Below, in pieces: positions 43,881-51,384 of a DNA stretch of 64,000 bases. Where the stretch lies: the NCBI GenBank assembly GCA_015068085.1, contig SVLF01000005.1:3684-67683 (forward strand), given 5' to 3'. The notes beneath the pieces are model-generated. The model was not told the origin of the DNA. It was given only the letters and a program-made list of their open reading frames with translations, and did no database searches. Each line of letters begins with the position of its first letter. The stretch's first letter is position 1. Both the position numbers and the translations under genes were made by a program. The DNA comes from Oscillospiraceae bacterium. GTDB lineage: Bacteria; Bacillota; Clostridia; Oscillospirales; JAAYXM01.

Positions 43881-44891
43881 ATGGATGAAAATAAAGGACG
43901 TGGAATTGTATTGACCTATATAGTAATCGACCTTGAATGGAATCAAGCGAGAAGCAACCGCGATGTCGTTGAAGACAGCGCGGGCAATAAGCTTTACGGG
44001 GAGATAATTCAGATAGGAGCTGTAAAGCTTGGAGCGGACTTGAAAATTGCGGATGAGCTGAAAATAAATGTGCGCCCGAGGTATTATAAGCTGATTCACA
44101 GGAAAGTGCGCCAGATAACAGGCATAAATCAGGATGATCTTGAAAAAGGCGAAGAGTTCCGGAATGCGATGCAGACTCTTCGTGCATGGTGCGGAGAGGA
44201 TTTTGCATTCCTTACGTGGGGACCCGATGATATAAGGATTCTCAGGCGTAATATAGAAATGTACGGTGATGATTCCTCGTGGGCAGAAACCTGGTTTAAT
44301 CTTCAGGCGATATACAATATCCAGACGCAATCCGGAGATAATCAGAAATCCCTTGCCACTGCGATGGAGCATTTTAGTATCGTGCCCGAAGAACCTCTTC
44401 ACGATGCTCTCAATGACGCTTATTACACAGCACTTGTTGCCGAGCGGCTTGATATCATACAGGGAATAGCAGATCTTCTTCAGGCAGAGCGCCGGCGCAC
44501 CGTCCTTGATGAAACACAGCCGCTTCTTGCAGAAGTGTATTCCGGATATAAGCTTCGCCGTGAGATATTCCGCGACAAAGAGGCAACAAGCGTCCGGTGC
44601 CCGGAGTGCGGAAAAGAGTGCTTGGATGTAAAGAAATGGGTGAGCGAAAAAAACGACAGTTATATTACGCTGGCTTCATGTCCGGAGCACGGAGAATATA
44701 TTGCACGTATGACCGTAACGAAGAGCGGAGCTATCAACAATGTGTCAAAGATTGTTTACGCGGCTGGCGGGGGTGCGGCGCTGTTTTATTCAAAGCGGGC
44801 AAAGAAGGAAGAAATGCGGAAAACCCGCAGAAAAAAGAAAGTTAAGAGTGTATCTCCGCGAAAAAAAGCAAATTCTGTTGAAAAAAGTTGA
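43881..44891 (+). CDS. DEDDh 3'-5' exonuclease domain protein with C-terminal zinc ribbon and basic tail
   Basis: Exo motifs YIVIDLEWN and HDALNDAYYTA. C-terminal CPECGKEC...CPEHGEY. Start ambiguous (ATG 43881 or TTG 43911). Confidence 0.75.
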   Translation: MDENKGRGIVLTYIVIDLEWNQARSNRDVVEDSAGNKLYGEIIQIGAVKLGADLKIADELKINVRPRYYKLIHRKVRQITGINQDDLEKGEEFRNAMQTLRAWCGEDFAFLTWGPDDIRILRRNIEMYGDDSSWAETWFNLQAIYNIQTQSGDNQKSLATAMEHFSIVPEEPLHDALNDAYYTALVAERLDIIQGIADLLQAERRRTVLDETQPLLAEVYSGYKLRREIFRDKEATSVRCPECGKECLDVKKWVSEKNDSYITLASCPEHGEYIARMTVTKSGAINNVSKIVYAAGGGAALFYSKRAKKEEMRKTRRKKKVKSVSPRKKANSVEKS

Positions 44892-44970
44892 AAAATATGA
44901 TATAATTGGGAGCATATTTGTGGGATGAGTATATGCGGTGAAAATTGCAAATTAAGGGGATAAAGTATTT

Positions 44971-45864
44971 ATGGGAGAAAAAAATAAGCGCAGGCGCCGC
45001 TTTGGGGATCGTTATGACGGCTACAGGGTAAAAAACTTAGACCCTGTTTTTACTGTTATTCCTCATATTATGCGCACGCGGCTTGACAGTCAGATTTTTT
45101 TTGAAGAGCAGATAGATATTTCAGGGCTTCGCAAGTTCATCGTCGAGAACCGAAAGGATATACCGGGGCTTTCGATGTATCATTTTTTTGTTGCGGCGCT
45201 TGTCAGAACCGTTGCACAGCGTCCTCGCGTAAACCGCTTTGTCAGCGGAAGGAAAATTTTTGCGAGGAACTACATAAGAGTATCGCTTACCGTGAAAAAA
45301 TCCATGCATGAAGACGGTGAGGAGGGAAACCTCACGCCGGATTTTGAACCTACCGACACATTGCAAGATGTAACGGAAAAGTTTAATGCCGCGCTTGCAG
45401 AGGTGCGGGCTGAGGAGGAAGCAACAGCGAGCGGAAATGATACGGATGCTATAGTAAAGCTGTTGAATTACCTTCCCGGTTTTCTTATAAAATTTGTTGT
45501 GTGGGCAATCCGCTCTCTCGATTCCGTCGGACTTATGCCGAAGATAATAAATAAGGTGAGCCCGTTCCATTCGTCCGTGTTTGTAACGAATGTCGGTTCA
45601 ATCGGGCTTAATCCGGTGTATCATCATTTGTATGAGTTTGGTACAACGTCTATGTTTATGGCAATCGGGAAAAAAGAAATTGTGAACACGTTAAACCGTG
45701 ACGGAACGCTTGAGCATAAGCATGTTATAAATATGCGCTTTGTTCTTGATGAGAGAATTTGTGACGGATATTATTTCGCATCTGCCATAAAGCTGTTTAA
45801 GCATTACGTTAAAAATCCAGAGCTTCTTCTCGCTCCGCCCGATTACATAGGCGAGGATGCCTGA
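44971..45864 (+). CDS. 2-oxoacid dehydrogenase acyltransferase catalytic-domain (CAT-like) family protein
   Basis: C-terminal motif LDERICDGYYFA corresponds to the DHRxxDG acyltransferase motif, but with Glu in the His position. Confidence 0.65.
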   Translation: MGEKNKRRRRFGDRYDGYRVKNLDPVFTVIPHIMRTRLDSQIFFEEQIDISGLRKFIVENRKDIPGLSMYHFFVAALVRTVAQRPRVNRFVSGRKIFARNYIRVSLTVKKSMHEDGEEGNLTPDFEPTDTLQDVTEKFNAALAEVRAEEEATASGNDTDAIVKLLNYLPGFLIKFVVWAIRSLDSVGLMPKIINKVSPFHSSVFVTNVGSIGLNPVYHHLYEFGTTSMFMAIGKKEIVNTLNRDGTLEHKHVINMRFVLDERICDGYYFASAIKLFKHYVKNPELLLAPPDYIGEDA

Positions 45865-45910
45865 TTTTTTCAAAGAACAGTCTCAGAATTCATAAAAAAG
45901 AAAAACAAAT

Positions 45911-45945
45911 GCCCGCACAATCGGAAAATCTCCGACCGTGCGGGT
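45911..45945. terminator. bidirectional terminator hairpin
   Basis: GCCCGCAC...TCGGA/TCCGA...GTGCGGG, with an A-rich 5' flank and a T-rich 3' flank, between convergent genes. Confidence 0.6.
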
Positions 45946-45961
45946 TGATATTTTGTTGTTT

Positions 45962-47137
45962 TTACCTTTTCTCCGAGATGTCGTTTACCGGAGAGTCGAG
46001 GAATGTTATGGTGTAGGTGCGGTAATTGTTGGTGTTAAGATATCGCAAAATGCGAGTCAACGCACCGGTATGAATATCCGAGTCGGAAAGCGTAAGCACC
46101 GGAACAGAGGCAGAGGTTGCTTCAAGTCGTGAAATTGCGGAGCTGTATATGCGCGATGAGGTATTTCCCTGCGGGGATATATGTCCGTCCCAGATGCGGT
46201 AGCCGAGTGATATGATGTGGTCAACCGCGTCTTTTGAAAGGGACTTGCTGCCACCGGGAACACGCAGAAGGCGTGTTTTTATTTTTACGGCTTCAAAAAG
46301 ATTTTCATTCGCAAGGTCAAGTGCCGTTGTCAATGAATCTCCTCCGGCGGAAAAGTCAGGGGCACCGTTCTGAGAAAGCGTTCCGATAGCGTGTCCGGCT
46401 GCGAAAGCACGGCGCAGCTCGTTGTCATATTCGGGAATTACATTGCCCTGCACAAAAAAGGTTGCACGATATCCGTAACGTGAAAGCGCGTCGAGTATGC
46501 TTTTGAAGTTTTTACCGTCAGTTATATTGAAAGAAAGCCTTATGTTTTTACGCGTCACTTCCTCCTCCGGATGATCATCCGGTTGCGGTTGTGGTTGGGG
46601 AGTGACACTGCCGGCATTCTGTTGCTCCTTGCTCGCTTTATATGCGGCGAGGAGATCCGGAATCTCGTTCTGAGCGATATATATAAACATATTGTTCGGA
46701 ATATCGCTTGAGCGCTTTATGCGTATCATGGGAAGCTCGGAAAGATATGTATATTCAAAGCCAAGCATCTGAGCCGTGAACTGGACAGGAACATAAACCG
46801 TTCCGGAGGCAGCAAAGGAAACTGCTTTATACGGTATTTTTTCCGTGGCAGTATATGCAACTGTTTTGTTGAGGTCGAATATAAGCGTTGTGTCCCATGT
46901 GTACAAAACGAGCATTCGTTCTGCAGCGTTATAAGAGCTGTTGACGTTGAGGTTCCCCTTCGTGAAGCATTGATAATCTATGTACCACACGCCGCTGGAG
47001 CGTATCGGCATAGCATCGGTAAGAGGAAGCACCGTGTTTCCGGCAGCAACAAATACCTCACCCTCGCCGCTTGCCGGCAACGCAAACAGCAAAGTGAAAA
47101 TACACACTACAAGGATTAAAGACACTGCTTTTTTCAA
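45962..47137 (-). CDS. secreted polysaccharide deacetylase (NodB-type) with N-terminal stalk domain
   Basis: Signal peptide MKKAVSLILVVCIFTLLFALPASG. A copper-amine-oxidase-N-like region, a PQPQPQP linker, and an ATFFVQG deacetylase-like C-terminal domain. TTG start after AAGGGGTGA. Confidence 0.65.
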   Translation of the reverse strand: MKKAVSLILVVCIFTLLFALPASGEGEVFVAAGNTVLPLTDAMPIRSSGVWYIDYQCFTKGNLNVNSSYNAAERMLVLYTWDTTLIFDLNKTVAYTATEKIPYKAVSFAASGTVYVPVQFTAQMLGFEYTYLSELPMIRIKRSSDIPNNMFIYIAQNEIPDLLAAYKASKEQQNAGSVTPQPQPQPDDHPEEEVTRKNIRLSFNITDGKNFKSILDALSRYGYRATFFVQGNVIPEYDNELRRAFAAGHAIGTLSQNGAPDFSAGGDSLTTALDLANENLFEAVKIKTRLLRVPGGSKSLSKDAVDHIISLGYRIWDGHISPQGNTSSRIYSSAISRLEATSASVPVLTLSDSDIHTGALTRILRYLNTNNYRTYTITFLDSPVNDISEKR

Positions 47138-47269
47138 AGTAAATCACCCCTTTACACCTTATATTATACAGTTTCAGCACGTATTTTGCAATATACAAAT
47201 TTTTTGAAGCTAAGAAAGGTAATACTTTGCGGGGAAATTTCATATTCTCACATAGAACGGAGTGAGGAT

Positions 47270-48733
47270 ATGAAAACAGGTTCGCAAATAATACAGGCGG
47301 TGAACGGTACGCTGTGGGGAGTACCGATGCTCGTGTTGCTTATGGGATGCGGGGTGTATCTTACGTTTGCTTTGCACGCTTTTCAGCTTACGCGGGCACG
47401 TATGTGGATGCGGGAGACCTTCGGCTCGCTGTTCGGAAAAAAGAACGGGAATGGAAACGGAATTTCGCCGTATCACGCCGTCAGCTCTGCGCTTGCATCC
47501 TCGATAGGTACGGGGAATATAGTGGGGGTTGCAACGGCAATTGCTGCGGGCGGCGCGGGTGCCGTTTTTTGGATGTGGGTGTCGGCAACCTTTGGAATGG
47601 CGATAAAATATGCAGAAATATTCCTTGCCGTAAAATTCCGACGTAAAGACAAAAGCGGATATTACGGAGGACCTATGTATTACATCGAAGAAGGTCTCGG
47701 AAAGGGATTCAAATGGCTTGCTGCAGTATTTGCTTTTTCAGGAACGCTTGCCTGCCTCGGTATGGGGGCTATGAATCAGTCAAGCTCAATTGCGGCCGTG
47801 ATACAGCCGTACACTCATATATCAAAGCCTGTGTGCGGTGCAATTCTCGCAATAATTGCAATTCTTGCAGTAAGCGGGGGGATTGCACGCATATCAAGCG
47901 TGACATCGGCGCTTGTTCCGATAATGGCAGGAATGTATATCCTCGGCGGAATAGTCATTATATGTATTTCACCGAGGGATATATACGGAGCTTTTTGCGA
48001 GATAATATCTTCGGCGCTTGCGCCGTGTGCAATATACGGCGGAGCAGCGGGAACGGCGGTACGAAGCGCCGTGCGCTATGGAGTTGCAAGAGGTGTTTTT
48101 TCAAATGAGGCAGGACTTGGCACTTCTCCGATAGTACACGCTGCGGCAGATGCAAAAGGTCCGGTGCAGCAGGGCTTGTGGGGCGTATTTGAGGTGTTCG
48201 TCGATACAATTGTTGTATGCACGGTAACGGCGGTTGTTATCATCGGCTCCGGCACGCATCTCGGAGAAGCTTCCGGTGCAGGGATGGTGACGCTTGCGTT
48301 TGAAAAGTATTTCGGGCACTTCGGCGGTGTATTTGTGGCAGTTGCAACGGTAATGTTTGCCATTTCAACCATTCTTGGCTGGTCGTATTATGGCGAGAGT
48401 TGTATCGGTTATCTCTGCGGAAACAGACAGAGCATCGCAAAAGCGTACAGAGCTTTGTTTGCGGCGGCAGTTTTTCTGGGCGCGGTTATGCAGGCAGATG
48501 CGGTGTGGGAGCTTGCAGATATGTTCAACGGAATGATGATGGTGCCGAACCTGATCGCGGTAATATCCCTTTCGGGAATTGTCGTAAAAGAAACGAAAAC
48601 CTTTTTATTGACTGAAAACGACAAAAGGAGTATAATAAAATCAATACACAAAAGAGAAAAGAGGAAGCCCGGTGCAAGACGAAAGAAGACAGGAAGCGCG
48701 GCGCACAATGATGCTGTCCGAGCCGATACATAA
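47270..48733 (+). CDS. alanine/glycine:cation symporter (AGCS family)
   Basis: AGCS-typical sequences (SPYHAVSSALASSIGTGNIVGVATAI, SNEAGLGTSP). Start trimmed to ATG 47270 after GGAGTGAGG. Confidence 0.85.
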   Translation: MKTGSQIIQAVNGTLWGVPMLVLLMGCGVYLTFALHAFQLTRARMWMRETFGSLFGKKNGNGNGISPYHAVSSALASSIGTGNIVGVATAIAAGGAGAVFWMWVSATFGMAIKYAEIFLAVKFRRKDKSGYYGGPMYYIEEGLGKGFKWLAAVFAFSGTLACLGMGAMNQSSSIAAVIQPYTHISKPVCGAILAIIAILAVSGGIARISSVTSALVPIMAGMYILGGIVIICISPRDIYGAFCEIISSALAPCAIYGGAAGTAVRSAVRYGVARGVFSNEAGLGTSPIVHAAADAKGPVQQGLWGVFEVFVDTIVVCTVTAVVIIGSGTHLGEASGAGMVTLAFEKYFGHFGGVFVAVATVMFAISTILGWSYYGESCIGYLCGNRQSIAKAYRALFAAAVFLGAVMQADAVWELADMFNGMMMVPNLIAVISLSGIVVKETKTFLLTENDKRSIIKSIHKREKRKPGARRKKTGSAAHNDAVRADT

Positions 48734-50039
48734 GATTATACCGAAGATGGCGATACCGACGATTGTAGCATTTCTGATAAACTCGATTTATTCGCTTGCC
48801 GATACTTATTTTGTAAGCTCGCTCGGCACGAATGCCACGGCGGCGGTCAGCGTCAATTCATCGCTCGATCAGCTTATAATGATGTGCGGCTCAATGCTTG
48901 CGCTTGGCGCTAACAGCTATATTGCGCGTCTTCTCGGAAAAGGCGACGACAAAAAGGCAAGCTGCGTTTTATCCACGTCTTTTTTTACGGCACTCGGAAT
49001 AGGACTGCTTCTCGCAGTTTTCGGCAGTATCTTCATAACTCCGATGGTACGGCTTTTAGGCGCAACGCCCACGTGTGAAAAATATTCGGTGGAATATGCC
49101 GCATATGTTTTGCTTGCGGCTCCGTTTATGGCGTCAAGTTTTGTTATGAATCAATGTCTGCGCTCTGAAGGCAGTGCAACGCTTTCGATGATAGGAATGG
49201 GCTTTGGCGGAATTCTCAACTGCATTCTTGACCCGATTTTTATTTTCGGTCTTGATATGGGTGTTGCGGGCGCATCGCTTGCAACTGCAATTTCAAAGCT
49301 TGTAAGCTTTTCAATTTTGATTTTCCCGTACATCACACGCCGCAGTATGCTGCATTTATCGCTGCGCAATTTCAGCCCGACAAAGGATATTGTATATGAG
49401 GTTATAACTGTCGGATCGTCTTCTATGTTCAGGAGCGGGCTGGCTGTGGTTGCAAGCATTATGCTCAATGATCTTGCAGGAAACATTTCGGATTCCGTTC
49501 TTGCGGGAATCGGTGTCTGCACTAAGATAATGATGTTTCCGTTCAGCATAATTCTCGGCTTCGGAAGCGGGTTTCAGCCGGTTGCGGGATTTAACTGGGG
49601 CGCAAAGCGGTATGACAGGGTGCGTAAAAGCTATGGCTTTTCTTCTGCGGTTGCGCTTGCCGGCTCGATCGCGATGGGGATTATTCTTGCTGTGTTCGCG
49701 GACTGGCTTATCGTGAGGTTTGCGGGAACGGACATGGAAATGCGCAGAATAGGTGCGTTGTGTATACGCCTGCAGTGTATTGCGCTTCCGATACACGCGT
49801 GGGTGGCGGTGGTCAATATGCTGTGCAACAGCCTCGGGAACGCAGGTGGGGCTTTTTTGCTTGCAACCTCGCGGCAGGGAAGCTGTTTTATCCCGATTTT
49901 ATATCCTCTTGCACATATTTTCGGTGCTGTGGGAGTTGCCGCCGCACAGGCAGTGGCAGATGTTCTTACGCTTTTGCTCGCTGTGCCGATAATGATTTTC
50001 GTAACAAGGAAAATAAAACGCGCAGAAAAAGAAGGTTAA
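48672..50039 (+). CDS. MATE-family efflux transporter
   Basis: 12-TM layout with N-terminal IIPKMAIPTIVAFLINSIY typical of MATE. The real start may be ATG 48708/48711. Confidence 0.85.
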   Translation: MQDERRQEARRTMMLSEPIHKIIPKMAIPTIVAFLINSIYSLADTYFVSSLGTNATAAVSVNSSLDQLIMMCGSMLALGANSYIARLLGKGDDKKASCVLSTSFFTALGIGLLLAVFGSIFITPMVRLLGATPTCEKYSVEYAAYVLLAAPFMASSFVMNQCLRSEGSATLSMIGMGFGGILNCILDPIFIFGLDMGVAGASLATAISKLVSFSILIFPYITRRSMLHLSLRNFSPTKDIVYEVITVGSSSMFRSGLAVVASIMLNDLAGNISDSVLAGIGVCTKIMMFPFSIILGFGSGFQPVAGFNWGAKRYDRVRKSYGFSSAVALAGSIAMGIILAVFADWLIVRFAGTDMEMRRIGALCIRLQCIALPIHAWVAVVNMLCNSLGNAGGAFLLATSRQGSCFIPILYPLAHIFGAVGVAAAQAVADVLTLLLAVPIMIFVTRKIKRAEKEG

Positions 50040-50044
50040 AAATC

Positions 50045-50318
50045 AAAGGGATTGTAGCGAAATGCATTTTGCTACAATCCCTTTGGGGATTTAGAAAAAT
50101 AGTGCAGAATGAGCAAATCGGACCCGAAGTAGTACATAAGTACGTCGAGAGGTCCGATTTGCTTATAGCATAAAGTGTAACAAAATCCTCAAATTCGGCT
50201 TCTGCCGAATTTTCAATTTACTTTCAAACTTCAAACCATATACTTTTTTCTATGTTATCTGCAATAAATATCACTTTTACACTTTATGTGGTCTGGGCTG
50301 TTTTGCTACAGCCCCTTT
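50045..50318 (+). repeat. 274-bp structured intergenic repeat, copy 2
   Basis: Manual alignment to 1685..1958 gives 10 substitutions plus two offsetting 1-nt indels. Same orientation, again between convergent genes. Confidence 0.85.
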
Positions 50319-50319
50319 G

Positions 50320-51183
50320 CTATACCGTTACTTTTTCAGAAATACTTGCGGAATACTCTTTTACACCGGTTACGGTCTCGCCGTCCACCTGCATGGCGCA
50401 CGGCTTGTCGTAGATGATAGTTACTTCCTTTGCCGTATATTGCTTTACGTATTTTTTGAACTTTATATGCTCGCCTTTAAAAATAGTGGGAAGAATTGTC
50501 AAAAGGCGGAGCTTCCCGCATCCGTGAGCGACAAGGACGGTAAGCTCTTCGTCCTCACGCCGGCGTGTCGGCGCAACCATCATTCCGCCGCCAAAAAATC
50601 GTCCTTTCATTGTCGGGGTAAGCCAAACGCGCTCGAAGCGGTGCTCAATACCGTCGAGAATGACGGTTGCGTTTACCGGCTTGAATTTAAAGAGAATTGC
50701 CTCGACGGCAATGGCGGTATAATTTATCTTTTTACCGGTCTTTTTCCTGCGTTCATTTCCAAGCTGACACACAAATCCGTCAAGCCCGTAGCCGATGCCG
50801 TTGATGAATCTGCGTCTTTGTCCATCCAGACACATATACGGAAGATCACGTATGTATTCGTTTATGCTAAAAGGCTCAGAACCGTTTGGCTTGTTAAGGT
50901 CGTGCAGGAAATCGTTTCCGCTGCCGATTGCATAATAGAGAATATTGTTTTTCACTTCAATTCCGTCAATAGAGTTTACAAATCGGCTGAGCGTTCCGTC
51001 ACCGCCGCAGATGATAACTTCATCTTCGAAATCAAGTGAAGCAAAAAAAACATCCCAGTCAGAAATCTTCGTAAGGTCTTGGTAAATAAGCTCGTGACCG
51101 ATATACAGCGCATAGAGTTTCTTTGCATTTTCTGCACCGTGTTCATCTCCTGCGTGCGGATTGTATAAAATATATTTTCTCAT
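50320..51183 (-). CDS. diacylglycerol/lipid kinase family protein (YegS/DagK-like)
   Basis: MRKYILYNPHAG..., GGDGT motif (ICGGDGTL). Start trimmed to ATG 51183 after GGGTGATGGG. Confidence 0.8.
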   Translation of the reverse strand: MRKYILYNPHAGDEHGAENAKKLYALYIGHELIYQDLTKISDWDVFFASLDFEDEVIICGGDGTLSRFVNSIDGIEVKNNILYYAIGSGNDFLHDLNKPNGSEPFSINEYIRDLPYMCLDGQRRRFINGIGYGLDGFVCQLGNERRKKTGKKINYTAIAVEAILFKFKPVNATVILDGIEHRFERVWLTPTMKGRFFGGGMMVAPTRRREDEELTVLVAHGCGKLRLLTILPTIFKGEHIKFKKYVKQYTAKEVTIIYDKPCAMQVDGETVTGVKEYSASISEKVTV

Positions 51184-51384
51184 ATTCCCATCACCCTTAT
51201 GTCGAACTATGTCTATTATACTTGAAATATGCAAAAATTTCAAGTACAAGTGCTTCTGGATGTTGATTTTGTGCAAATTGTGTGCTATAATTAAACAGCA
51301 TATATAATACAATGCCATAGTTATATATTGCGGGCGTATATCACACAAAATTTTTTGTGTGATGTAATGATTAGAAGAAAGAAG

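Noticed and set aside
47138-47269. A possible glycine or amino-acid riboswitch, or a T-box, upstream of the AGCS symporter. The same check was made in other long leaders (25150-25309, 51184-51384).
   Set aside because: I could not find the conserved cores of glycine, T-box or other riboswitch classes I know. These regions hold only AT-rich promoter-like sequence.
48672-48733. A 62-nt overlap between the AGCS symporter tail and the MATE ORF, as a possible fusion, frameshift or programmed overlap.
   Set aside because: It is most simply explained by the MATE gene starting at the internal ATG 48708/48711 (MMLSEPIHKIIPKM...). That leaves a short ordinary overlap. The basic AGCS tail is a normal cytoplasmic C-terminus.
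1685-50318. The two direct 274-bp repeats might delimit a 48-kb composite mobile element or genomic island.
   Set aside because: The interval is full of core genes (purA, recJ, relA, dtd, mnmE, hup, and the sporulation/division block). I saw no integrase, transposase or conjugation genes in it. The repeats look like dispersed small elements, not island borders.
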